Source of the DNA: Granulicatella balaenopterae
GTDB taxonomy: Bacteria; Bacillota; Bacilli; Lactobacillales; Aerococcaceae
NCBI RefSeq assembly: GCF_900111135.1
Contig: NZ_FOGF01000015.1
Span: 1 to 32,000, forward strand
Direction: 5' to 3'
Length of the DNA stretch: 32,000 bases
A program made the position numbers and the translations under genes. Below are positions 22,304-30,945 of this stretch, piece by piece; positions within the stretch are counted from its first letter, which is position 1, and every line of letters starts with the position of its first letter. Under the pieces are notes generated by a model. It searched no databases. It was not told where the DNA came from and saw nothing but the letters and a program-made list of their open reading frames with translations.

Positions 22304-24079
22304 TTATTTGATGATAATTGCCATTTTACCACGCATTTGATAGGCTTTTGCTACTTTATGACTACTTACCCAATAATGTCCTGAGATTGAATCTGCGCAA
22401 TAAAAGGAATCATCCTTAAATCCAGCTAAAACAATTGCGTGTCCATTCGATGGTTCAGGCCCAAACCAATAATAATTCATAGTTGGATAACTAAATTTGG
22501 GCGTTGTGCCCCAGACAATTACGGGATTCCCTTTAACGATTTCTTCTTTCATCTGATCAAGTGTATATCCTGTTGCGTCCATGGCTTCGGGAGCATATTG
22601 TTGTGCTAATGGCAATAGTGCCTTTGGATAGACTGTTGCGATTGATGAGACGTTATAATAAGGATTACCGACATAGCCATTGTGTGGATTTCCATTAGGG
22701 GATTTTTTCACTTCTTTGGTTAGTTGATAGGCTGTTTTGTCTTTGGCATAGCCTTTATAATGCAAGGCTTGTGTCAAGGCATATACCTCGCATGAATTAA
22801 CTGCTTGGGGATATTGATGATAGACGGGTACATCGAGTGTTACTTTTTTGCGATATAATCCTGTATCATCGACATAATATTTGCCGATTGATTTATTTTT
22901 GGCCATTCTACCAGAATTTTCTAAATAATAACTTCCTATCCATCTATTGCTTTCTAAGTAGCCACCATCTTTAAAGTAATACCAATCTGTTCCTACTTGC
23001 ACCCAGCCTTTATTAATTTTTTTGCCATTTGCATCTACATAATTCCAATTACCATCTTTTTGTTGATAGAGCCATTCGTTTTTAGCCATATAACCCCATT
23101 GTTTTAGATAGTAATCACCAACCCATTTGTTTTGAACGTAGGTACCGTCTGGATTAAAGTAATGCCAACCTGTTTCGGGACTCCACGCCCATTCCTGTTT
23201 GGCCATTTCGCCCCATTTTTTTAGATAGTATGAGCCTTTCCATGTATAACGAGCATATGAGCCATCTTCTTTAATATAGAACCAGTTTTCATAGTCTTTA
23301 TCATAAATCCATTCGTTTTTAGCCATATAGCCCCATTGTTTAATGTAGTAAGCACCGACCCATTTGTTTTGAACATAGGTACCGTCTGGATTAAAGTAGT
23401 GCCAACCTGTCTCGGGACTTTTTGCCCATTCCTGTTTGGCCATTTGTCCATTTTCTTTTAGGTAATATGATCCCTTCCATGTATTGGTGATATATTTGCC
23501 ATCATTGCCGAAATAATACCACTGCTCTTGTTGAGTGTGTACCCATTGATTTTGGAGACGTTTGCCATCTTTATCGACATAGTATTCATCTACTATCGCA
23601 TCTCTGACTAACTCAGCATTTTCGTTAAAGTAATACCAATCATTTGTGGCTTTATCTTTTAGCCATTCTGATTGTCGTAAAAATGCTGTCTTAGTATCCG
23701 CATAATAGCGCTCTTGTCCAATTTGAATCCAGCCTGTTTGAACAATTCCTTCTTGATTCGTATAAATCATCTGCTGTGAATCAGGGATTGTATAGAAACC
23801 AATTACTTTTTCACCAGTTTCTAAAAAATAATATAGTTTGTTGTCAATTTTTACAAAGCCTTGTTGTTGCTTTTGGGGTATTGAAGCGCCATCTTCTATT
23901 GGTGTGGTGTCCTCTATTGGCTTGGTATTGTCTGTTGGTGTGGTGTTATCTATTGGTGTGGTGTCCTCTACCGCTTTAATAGTAATTGGTGTGGTATTGT
24001 TTTGTTCTGTCGCCATTACTGTTGGAGTAGCTAGCCATAATAGCGTACCAATTGTGGCTACATAAGAAAATTTTTTCAT
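22304..24079 (-). CDS. Secreted protein: TP-rich spacer, choline/cell-wall-binding repeats, C-terminal YvpB/C39-like cysteine peptidase
   Basis: 591 aa. Signal peptide MKKFSYVATIGTLLWLATPTVMA. (D/E)xT(T/K)P(I/T) hexapeptide repeats. About 12 CW_binding_1-type repeats (GWxxxxxxWYYFxxDGxxxxxxW pattern, e.g. TGWHYFNPDGTYVQNKW and GWVQVGTDWYYFKDGGYLESNRW). The C-terminal domain LDVPVYHQYPQAVNSCEVYALTQALHYKGY...NGHAIVLAGF matches my memory of the B. subtilis YvpB / Peptidase_C39_2 pattern, with a Cys in xxCE(V) and a downstream His. Confidence 0.85.
   Translation of the reverse strand: MKKFSYVATIGTLLWLATPTVMATEQNNTTPITIKAVEDTTPIDNTTPTDNTKPIEDTTPIEDGASIPQKQQQGFVKIDNKLYYFLETGEKVIGFYTIPDSQQMIYTNQEGIVQTGWIQIGQERYYADTKTAFLRQSEWLKDKATNDWYYFNENAELVRDAIVDEYYVDKDGKRLQNQWVHTQQEQWYYFGNDGKYITNTWKGSYYLKENGQMAKQEWAKSPETGWHYFNPDGTYVQNKWVGAYYIKQWGYMAKNEWIYDKDYENWFYIKEDGSYARYTWKGSYYLKKWGEMAKQEWAWSPETGWHYFNPDGTYVQNKWVGDYYLKQWGYMAKNEWLYQQKDGNWNYVDANGKKINKGWVQVGTDWYYFKDGGYLESNRWIGSYYLENSGRMAKNKSIGKYYVDDTGLYRKKVTLDVPVYHQYPQAVNSCEVYALTQALHYKGYAKDKTAYQLTKEVKKSPNGNPHNGYVGNPYYNVSSIATVYPKALLPLAQQYAPEAMDATGYTLDQMKEEIVKGNPVIVWGTTPKFSYPTMNYYWFGPEPSNGHAIVLAGFKDDSFYCADSISGHYWVSSHKVAKAYQMRGKMAIIIK
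23006..23479 (-). repeat. Tandem ~237-bp (79-aa) duplication within the cell-wall-binding repeat region
   Basis: Residues 201-279 (WKGSYYLKENGQMAKQEWAKSPETGWHYFNPDGTYVQNKWVGAYYIKQWGYMAKNEW...) and 280-358 (WKGSYYLKKWGEMAKQEWAWSPETGWHYFNPDGTYVQNKWVGDYYLKQWGYMAKNEW...) are near-identical over the first ~57 residues. Confidence 0.8.
23896..23967 (-). repeat. 4 x 18-bp in-frame tandem repeat encoding the TP-rich spacer
   Basis: Plus-strand units are ctattggtgtggtgtcct, ctattggcttggtattgt, ctgttggtgtggtgttat and ctattggtgtggtgtcct. The first and fourth are identical. Confidence 0.8.
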
Positions 24080-24363
24080 TTTTTCCTCCTATCTTTTTTA
24101 TCGCTCAAAAATTTGTCCAACTTCCTCTTTATGTGTCACTCATTAACTAAAATGAGTCTCAACATGAATCATCCAGTCAAATCCTTTACTTATATATTAC
24201 ATTATTCAGATTTCTTTGTGAAATATTTTGTTGATTATTTGCGTTATTTTTTATTTTTTTAGACAATAATCAGAATAGTTTCTCTTTTTACCCTTATCTT
24301 TACTAGGAATCATCCCGCTTTGCTTGATTTGCCTTTTTGATGTTGATGTCGTGGTTTGTGAAT

Positions 24364-24402
24364 AAAAAAGAAACCACATGAGCTATTTAGTCACGTGGTT
24401 TC
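24364..24402 (-). terminator. Rho-independent terminator after the CAMP-factor gene
   Basis: 12-bp stem gaaaccacatga / tcacgtggtttc (one position is a G-U pair on the minus-strand RNA) with a 9-nt loop, followed by UUUUUU on the minus strand. The left arm and loop are nearly identical to the terminator at 22198..22238. Confidence 0.7.
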
Positions 24403-24448
24403 TCAAATCTTATGAATGCTATTTGTCAAAAAGTCTCATTATTTTTCG

Positions 24449-25204
24449 TTATTGTTGTAATGCAAATTCCATTGCGTCTTGTAACATCAAAACAGCATTA
24501 TCAACATCTTGCACAGTTGTTGTTCTTCTTAATTGGATGCCAACTGCTTTTGTAATCACTTTATTTAGGTTATTATAGGTTTTAAAATTTTTCACCCCAA
24601 GAATTTTTTGATCGCGTTCAAATCTTGTATTCCAAATAGCTTTTCTTAGTTTTGCTTTGGCATAGACTGTTGCGCGGCTATTTGGGTCAAGGTCTGCATA
24701 ATTCACTAATTTTTCTTTTAAATCGTTAACTACAGCTACTTGATTCTTGATTGATTCTACACTTGAGAATGGGTCTGCAATGCGGATAACTAGTTTTGTA
24801 ATGGCGAATCCCATTTCACGGTGAGCTGCTTCAACTTTGCCGCTTAGTTCATTTGATGCGAAGTTAATAGCATCAATTACATCTGCTAGTGCTTCAATTC
24901 TTGCACCTAGGCTATCTAAGTCATAGATTGTTTCAGGATTGAACTTCAATGTTGGGTCTGTTTCGTTTTGTACTTTTAATTTTTCCAAAGCCGCAATTGC
25001 ACTATTTGTCATATTTTCATATTGTGTTCCCTTAACTGCATCTTTAAGTTCAGCTAACTTCTGAGCATCTTCAGTAATCTTCGCTTCAAGATTTTGGTCA
25101 TTCACATATACTGGTTCACTGGCTTGTACATTCACTGCCATGACGGGTGCAATGCTTGATACTAACATTGTAGAAGCTAATACAATAATAATTTTTTTCT
25201 TCAT
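24449..25204 (-). CDS. cfb: CAMP-factor family secreted pore-forming co-haemolysin homologue
   Basis: 251 aa with signal peptide MKKKIIIVLASTMLVSSIAPVMAVNVQA. Long colinear matches to my memory of Streptococcus agalactiae CAMP factor: GTQYENMTNSAIAALEKLK, NPETIYDLDSLGARIEALADVIDAINF, MGFAITKLVIRIADPFSSVESIKNQV, RATVYAKAKLRKAIWNTRFERDQKILGVKNFKTYNNLNKVITKAVGIQL. The length is also the same (~250 aa). Confidence 0.85.
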   Translation of the reverse strand: MKKKIIIVLASTMLVSSIAPVMAVNVQASEPVYVNDQNLEAKITEDAQKLAELKDAVKGTQYENMTNSAIAALEKLKVQNETDPTLKFNPETIYDLDSLGARIEALADVIDAINFASNELSGKVEAAHREMGFAITKLVIRIADPFSSVESIKNQVAVVNDLKEKLVNYADLDPNSRATVYAKAKLRKAIWNTRFERDQKILGVKNFKTYNNLNKVITKAVGIQLRRTTTVQDVDNAVLMLQDAMEFALQQ

Positions 25205-25244
25205 TAATATTCCCCTTTCATGATTTAACGTTTTTATGGTTCTA

Positions 25245-25273
25245 CTTATAATTTTCTTTCAACTAATCGACAA
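25245..25273 (-). promoter_or_regulatory. Candidate promoter for the CAMP-factor gene
   Basis: Minus strand has TTGTCG (25268..25273), a 17-nt spacer, then TATAAG (25245..25250). RBS AAAGGGG precedes ATG 25204. Confidence 0.35.
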
Positions 25274-25741
25274 ATAGGCTTCTTAAGATATACTTTACTT
25301 TCATAAATCGCTGTCATTTTATTACAAAGATATACTGAGGTCAATTCATATTTTCATAATGAATAGAACGTTTTCTTTTCTTATTTTTTATTTATTTTGG
25401 GCAAAGATATCTTATTGTGTCTTTCTCTTAGCAAAACGATAAAAAAACGCAAAATTTTATTTATTAAGAATGAAAACTTATCTTCAACTTTTTTGCATGA
25501 TACTGGTTCTTTTTGAAGAATTATTAGAAATAAAAACTTATTGCTTGATTAGTTAAGGTTGTAGAAGAGAGGTATTCCTATAAAGATATGGCTTCGGGCT
25601 TTGGCGCTTGGGTTGTGGGGCATTTAGTGATTCATTTGGATTTAGGACTTTTTTATTTTTGCATAATATTACCTAGAACAAGCCAGTGAAACATTTAGCA
25701 AAGCATGTACCACTGAACTAGCTCGTTAATATAAAATTCGA

Positions 25742-25776
25742 TAAAAAAAGTTGGCAACTATATTAGTTTACCAACT
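25742..25776 (-). terminator. Rho-independent terminator ending the priA-prkC operon
   Basis: Minus-strand RNA AGUUGGUAA-ACUAAUAUAG-UUGCCAACU forms a 9-bp stem followed by UUUUUUUAU, about 50 nt after the prkC stop. Confidence 0.75.
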
Positions 25777-25825
25777 TCTACTAGATTGACACTTTTTACT
25801 GGCTTATAAGGTTACTTAGAGCCGC

Positions 25826-27814
25826 TTATTGTGCATATCCTTCTTCAATTGTTTCACCATCTCGAACGATTTTGTAACGTCCTTTTGGTACTTTATTTGA
25901 TAATGTGAATTTAATGTCAATTGTTTTTGATTCCGTAATTTTATAGGTTTGATAGATTGAATCAAATGAAAAATTAGCATCCTCAACATAAATTTCAACT
26001 ACATTACTTTTGGCAGCAACTGAACTATTTGTTTCTGGTTCTTGACTTGTTTCAACAGGCTTCACATAGGGAATCGTAATTTTTTTAGTAACGGTTCTTT
26101 CTCCTAAGCCTTTTGATAAGACAATTGTTAATGTATCACCTTGTTTGACTTCTGTTCCGGCTGCTGGATTTTGGCTAATAACGGCGCCTTGTGGCATGCT
26201 ATCTGATTCTTTTTCGCTAAAACTTACTAGCAAACCATTTTGTTTAGCATAATCTTCAATTGCTTGACGACTATATTTTGATAAGTCTTTTATAACAATT
26301 GGTGATTGCCCTTTACTAATAGTTAAAGTCATGACTTGGTCTTTTGCGATTAATTCTTTTCCTGCTTCAATACTTTGTGAAATAATCTTTCCTTCTGGTG
26401 TATTATTATCATAATCTTCTCGTCGCTCAACAATAAAACCTAATTTCTTGAGTTCATCGCGAGCTTGTTCATAATCTTGACCTTCGTAATTGGCTACGGT
26501 AATTTTTTCAGTTCCTGTACTGACTGTTAAGACCACATTTGAGCCTGTCTTAACGGATGTTCCTGGTTTGGGATTACTATCTAAGACTTTTCCTGCTTCA
26601 ACAGTTTCTGAACTTTCACGTTTAATATCTTTTACACTTAACTCGAACTTTTCTAATAATTTAGTCGCATCTTCTTCTGTTAAATTCACAACATTTGGAA
26701 TCTCAACATCTTTTGGTGTATTCATCACGAATGAATAATAGAAAAATAAGAAAACACTAGCAACAACCATCAATCCTAAAACAACCCAAGGCCATTTACG
26801 ACGCTTTTTCTTTTCGGGTTGATTGTTTGTGTGCTTCACTGTCATTGGTGGTTCATCATCTAATGGGACAATTGGAATATCTTCAAATGATGTTGCTGTC
26901 TTCTTAATTGGGCTATGTTCGACAACCGGCTTCAATACTTTTGTCTCACCTGAGAATGTATTTGGTTGATAGACTGGTTCATGAATACGATTAGGATTTA
27001 AGGCTGTTGAGATATCATCTAACATTTCTTCACATGAGTCATAACGATTCAATGGGTCTTTAGCCGTTGCTTTTAAGACGACATTTTCTAAACTTTGTGG
27101 AATCGTTGGCATAATTTTGGTTAATTGTGGCATTGGTGATTGGAAATGTTTTAGAGCAATTGAGACAGCTGATTCACCATCAAATGGTACATGCCCCGCT
27201 AATAATTCAAATAGCACAACCCCTAATGCATAGATATCAGATTTAATGGTTGCCATACCACCACGCGCTTGTTCTGGCGATAGGTAGTGAACCGAACCTA
27301 ATAATGTATTTGTTTGTGTTAATGATGTCTCTGATAATGCAATCGCAATCCCGAAGTCAGTAATTTTTACATTGCCATATTGATCAATTAATATATTTTG
27401 CGGCTTAATATCACGGTGAATAATACGATTACGGTGAGCCATTTCAATTGCGGATAAGATTTGCTTCATAATCGCAACGGACTCTCTTGGTGAGATGGGC
27501 CCTTTTTCGTCAATATATGACTTTAAATCTTGTCCTTTGACATATTCCATTACAATATAACTTGAGCCATTTTCTTCACCAACATCATACACACCAACAA
27601 TATTTGGGTGAGTTAATTGTGTTGCTGATAGTGCTTCTCTACGAAAACGTCTCATTGCATCTGGATTAGTGTAAAAGTCTTGTCTTAATACTTTTACGGC
27701 TACTTCACGCTCTAAAATCAAATCTCTTGCTAGGTAAACTGTAGCCATTCCACCTGTCCCTAAATGCGAAATGATTTTATATCTTTCACCGATATTTCTT
27801 CCAGCTTCAAGCAT
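25826..27814 (-). CDS. prkC: Eukaryote-like Ser/Thr protein kinase with PASTA domains (PrkC/StkP)
   Basis: 662 aa. GTGGMATVYLA...VAVK, HRDIKPQN, DFGIA, GSVHYLSPEQ. TM segment WPWVVLGLMVVASVFLFFYYSFV. There are three PASTA-like repeats plus a C-terminal beta-rich domain. Its start overlaps the stp stop (TAATG). Confidence 0.95.
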   Translation of the reverse strand: MLEAGRNIGERYKIISHLGTGGMATVYLARDLILEREVAVKVLRQDFYTNPDAMRRFRREALSATQLTHPNIVGVYDVGEENGSSYIVMEYVKGQDLKSYIDEKGPISPRESVAIMKQILSAIEMAHRNRIIHRDIKPQNILIDQYGNVKITDFGIAIALSETSLTQTNTLLGSVHYLSPEQARGGMATIKSDIYALGVVLFELLAGHVPFDGESAVSIALKHFQSPMPQLTKIMPTIPQSLENVVLKATAKDPLNRYDSCEEMLDDISTALNPNRIHEPVYQPNTFSGETKVLKPVVEHSPIKKTATSFEDIPIVPLDDEPPMTVKHTNNQPEKKKRRKWPWVVLGLMVVASVFLFFYYSFVMNTPKDVEIPNVVNLTEEDATKLLEKFELSVKDIKRESSETVEAGKVLDSNPKPGTSVKTGSNVVLTVSTGTEKITVANYEGQDYEQARDELKKLGFIVERREDYDNNTPEGKIISQSIEAGKELIAKDQVMTLTISKGQSPIVIKDLSKYSRQAIEDYAKQNGLLVSFSEKESDSMPQGAVISQNPAAGTEVKQGDTLTIVLSKGLGERTVTKKITIPYVKPVETSQEPETNSSVAAKSNVVEIYVEDANFSFDSIYQTYKITESKTIDIKFTLSNKVPKGRYKIVRDGETIEEGYAQ

Positions 27815-28563
27815 TAATTCTCACACCCTTCATTGATCTGTTTTTTTGCTAATAGGATGGTAATATTATCTGTCCCCCCCGCAGCATTAGCTAGTCCGAC
27901 TGCTGTATCGGCAATTTCTTCAATACTTAATTGGCTACTTAATAATTCTTCAATGGTATCCACACTGATCATATTCGTTAAACCGTCTGTGCATAATAAT
28001 AAGCAATCTCCTTGTTTCATTGTGGAGCGGACAAAATCTACTTCAACAGAATCCATCACCCCTACTGATCTAGTAACATAATTTCTTTTCGGATGAACTA
28101 AGGCTTCCTCAGCAGTAATTTCACCGCTTTTTACTAATTCATTCACTAAAGAATGGTCTTCCGTTAAAAGATTTAAGGTGTGATTATGTTGTAAATACAC
28201 ACGACTATCTCCAACATAGGCAACCAATACATTCTCTTCGACGACTACAGCAGCTACCAAAGTCGTTCCCATCCCGATTAATTCTTCATTTTTTTTGGCT
28301 TTTAAATAAATTGATTGATTGACTGCTATAATCGATTTACGCAACCATAAATGAATGTCTTCTAAATTGGTAAAGTCTGTTTCTTGCCATGCATTACCTA
28401 ATTCACAAACAGTCATTGCGCTCGCAACATCTCCAGCATTATGACCCCCAATCCCATCACAAGTAATTAATAATACAATTCCTGATTGGTTATAAAAATA
28501 ATTGGCATAATCTTCGTTGACCGCTCTTTTTTGACCACGATCACTTTTCACTACGATTTCCAT
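27814..28563 (-). CDS. stp: PP2C-family Ser/Thr phosphatase (Stp/PrpC/PhpP)
   Basis: 249 aa. Motifs RAVNEDY, CDGIGGH, GTTLVAA, VGDSRVY, CTDGL and GGTDNIT. Confidence 0.95.
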   Translation of the reverse strand: MEIVVKSDRGQKRAVNEDYANYFYNQSGIVLLITCDGIGGHNAGDVASAMTVCELGNAWQETDFTNLEDIHLWLRKSIIAVNQSIYLKAKKNEELIGMGTTLVAAVVVEENVLVAYVGDSRVYLQHNHTLNLLTEDHSLVNELVKSGEITAEEALVHPKRNYVTRSVGVMDSVEVDFVRSTMKQGDCLLLCTDGLTNMISVDTIEELLSSQLSIEEIADTAVGLANAAGGTDNITILLAKKQINEGCEN

Positions 28564-28591
28564 CTTATCACCTCGACTAATTTCACATTAC

Positions 28592-29929
28592 CTATATTCT
28601 CACTAAACGACAGATGAAGAATCCATCTGTATAATAGTAATTTGGTAAAATTTGAATTGTTCCATTTTCTTGTAATGATTCATTTAAGTAGTCTAATTCA
28701 ACAATTGGATCAATTGCGAAATCTGTATGACTAGCTAAAAAGTCCATTACGGTTAAATTATTTTCTATATTACTTAGTGTACACGTTGAATAGATTAATC
28801 GTCCACCTTTTTTTACAAGTTTTGCTACAGAATTTAAAATTTCTACCTGTATTTTATGTAATTGTTCCATATCTTGGTATTTTTTTGTATATTTGATATC
28901 TGGTTTACGACGCATTAAACCTAATCCGGAACATGGCGCATCAACATATATTGCATCAAAGGTTTCTTCACCGAATTCTTCTGCGGCACATCTAGCATCT
29001 AATTTGCGGGCATCGACACGATCTTCTACATGTAGACGTTTAACATTTTGATTGATAAGAGCGATTTTATGGTCATGAATATCTAATGCGACTACTTTTC
29101 CGCCTTGTGAAGCCGCTAGGTAACTAGCCATATGCGTTGTTTTTCCGCCTGGTGCTGAACAGGTATCTAATACTTGATCGCTTGCTTTTAAATTGCCGAC
29201 TGGGGCTACTAACATGGAAGACTCATCTTGAATGGTTACTTCACCATTTTGGAATTCTTGTGTCTTAGTAATAGAACCATTCAGAATGCGAATACCAAGT
29301 GGTGATACAACAGACGGCACAACTTCCATTCCTTGCTTAATTAGACTTTCTATTACAGCATCACGGTCAGCATTTGGATCTTGCATACGTAATGAAACAC
29401 TTGGAGCAGTTAAGACAGATTCAGCAATCACTTCTGCTTCTTCTAGGCCAAATTGTTTGACTAGTAATTCAACTAACCATTCTGGCATACTATACATCAC
29501 GCTAATACGTTTTATGTCGGGTTTAATCTTAGTTAAATCTTTTAATGTGGCGCGTTGGAATGAACGCAAGACGCCATTGACGAATTTCACGACTCCTTGG
29601 TGTCCACGCTTTTTCGCAATTTCAACTGATTCAAAAATAATGGCATGATCAGGAATACGATCTAAATAGACTTTTTGATAGACAGAAATGCGTAATAAAT
29701 TCATCACCCATGGCTGTACTTTTTGTGGTTTTTTAACGAAATCTGATAAATATTCATCGATGGTTAGTTTGTGTTGCAATGTACCATAGACTAATTCCGT
29801 TAATAAGCCTCTATCTTGATCAGAAAAGTCATATTTTTGCACATATTTATTAAATAGAATGGTTGAGTATGCGCCACCTTTTTCGATTTCGACTAACATA
29901 TCAACTGCTGATGATCTTACTTTATCCAT
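28592..29929 (-). CDS. rsmB: 16S rRNA (cytosine967-C5)-methyltransferase RsmB (Sun)
   Basis: 445 aa. NusB-like N-terminal domain, SAM-binding DTCSAPGGKT, and catalytic Cys contexts DAPCSGLG and YSTCT. Confidence 0.93.
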   Translation of the reverse strand: MDKVRSSAVDMLVEIEKGGAYSTILFNKYVQKYDFSDQDRGLLTELVYGTLQHKLTIDEYLSDFVKKPQKVQPWVMNLLRISVYQKVYLDRIPDHAIIFESVEIAKKRGHQGVVKFVNGVLRSFQRATLKDLTKIKPDIKRISVMYSMPEWLVELLVKQFGLEEAEVIAESVLTAPSVSLRMQDPNADRDAVIESLIKQGMEVVPSVVSPLGIRILNGSITKTQEFQNGEVTIQDESSMLVAPVGNLKASDQVLDTCSAPGGKTTHMASYLAASQGGKVVALDIHDHKIALINQNVKRLHVEDRVDARKLDARCAAEEFGEETFDAIYVDAPCSGLGLMRRKPDIKYTKKYQDMEQLHKIQVEILNSVAKLVKKGGRLIYSTCTLSNIENNLTVMDFLASHTDFAIDPIVELDYLNESLQENGTIQILPNYYYTDGFFICRLVRI

Positions 29930-30881
29930 TTATTTTCCCCTCAAATACTGGTTTTGTCTCTAGTAAAGCTTTGAAGCCATTTTGATAGGCTTTAATATCC
30001 ATTTTTGCTTTACCAGCTGGTTGAATCACATTAACTTGGACTAATTTTTGGTCACCACATGCGATAACGACACGATTTTCGTCATCAATATACATGGTTC
30101 CTGGCGCTTCTTTAGTTGTCTCTTCTAATGGTGTTACATCCCAAATTTTGTAGCGTGCTCCTTCTAATAAGGTAAAGGCACTTGGCCATGGACGTAAACC
30201 ACGAATAAAACAATCCACCATTTCGGCTGATTTATTCCAATCGATTTGTTCTTGTTCACGAGTAATATTTGGTGAGAATGAGACTTTTGCTTCGTCTTGT
30301 GTTACTTCTTTTAATTTTCCTGCGAATAATAATGGTAGGGCTTCTTTTAATAGTTGGGTACCTAGTAGGCTTAATTTTTCAAACATTGAAGCAACATCAT
30401 CTGTTTTTTGGATTGGGATTGCTCGTTGCATGAGGATATTACCGGCATCCATTTTTTTCTCCATACGCATAATAGTGACACCAGTTTCTTTATCACCACT
30501 TAAGATTGAGTAGTGAATTGGTGCTCCTCCGCGATATTTTGGTAATAATGAAGCGTGAACATTGACCGCACCATATTTTGGAAAGTCTAAAAATGATTGT
30601 GGTAAGAATTGACCATATGCAGCCGTAACGATTAAATCGATATCTTCCATTGCCATTAATTCTTTTAATTCGTCTGAACCAGATAATTTTGTTGGTTGGT
30701 AGACTGGTAAATCATGTTTTAATGCGACTTCTTTTACTGGACTTGGTGTAATAATTTTTTTGCGTCCAACAGGTTTGTCAGGTTGAGTTACAACAGCTTT
30801 TACTGTATAGCCTTCCTCCAATAACATTTCTAAGATATTTGTTGAAAATACGGGCGTTCCCATAAAGATAATATTTTTCAT
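29922..30881 (-). CDS. fmt: Methionyl-tRNA formyltransferase
   Basis: 319 aa. IIFMGTPVFS N-terminus and HASLLPKYRGGAPI motif. It overlaps rsmB by 8 nt. Confidence 0.95.
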   Translation of the reverse strand: MKNIIFMGTPVFSTNILEMLLEEGYTVKAVVTQPDKPVGRKKIITPSPVKEVALKHDLPVYQPTKLSGSDELKELMAMEDIDLIVTAAYGQFLPQSFLDFPKYGAVNVHASLLPKYRGGAPIHYSILSGDKETGVTIMRMEKKMDAGNILMQRAIPIQKTDDVASMFEKLSLLGTQLLKEALPLLFAGKLKEVTQDEAKVSFSPNITREQEQIDWNKSAEMVDCFIRGLRPWPSAFTLLEGARYKIWDVTPLEETTKEAPGTMYIDDENRVVIACGDQKLVQVNVIQPAGKAKMDIKAYQNGFKALLETKPVFEGKING

Positions 30882-30899
30882 TTTGTACGTCCTTTCTCT

Positions 30900-30931
30900 A
30901 AAAAAATTCTCCTCACAACCAAAGTCACGAG
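30900..30931 (-). terminator. Strand-specific G-U-rich hairpin plus U-run between priA and fmt (possible attenuator)
   Basis: Minus-strand RNA CUCGUGAC-UUUG-GUUGUGAG forms 8 bp (three G-U pairs), followed by GAGAAUUUUUUU. The plus-strand version cannot pair because the G-U positions become A-C mismatches. Confidence 0.3.
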
Positions 30932-30945
30932 TATTTATTTTATGA

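Noticed and set aside
25588-25689. 33-codon ORF (MASGFGAWVVGHLVIHLDLGLFYFCIILPRTSQ) in the long intergenic region
   Set aside because: There is no RBS at a functional distance, no recognisable family and no supporting context.
25816-25998. 60-aa minus-strand ORF overlapping the 3' end of prkC
   Set aside because: It is an alternative frame of the well-supported kinase gene, with a Lys/Ile-rich artefactual translation.
28564-30945. Absence of def between priA and fmt, and of rlmN between rsmB and stp, relative to the Bacillus subtilis arrangement
   Set aside because: As far as I recall, the compact priA-fmt-rsmB-phosphatase-kinase order is the normal arrangement in streptococci and other Lactobacillales. 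It is therefore a lineage trait, not a deletion.
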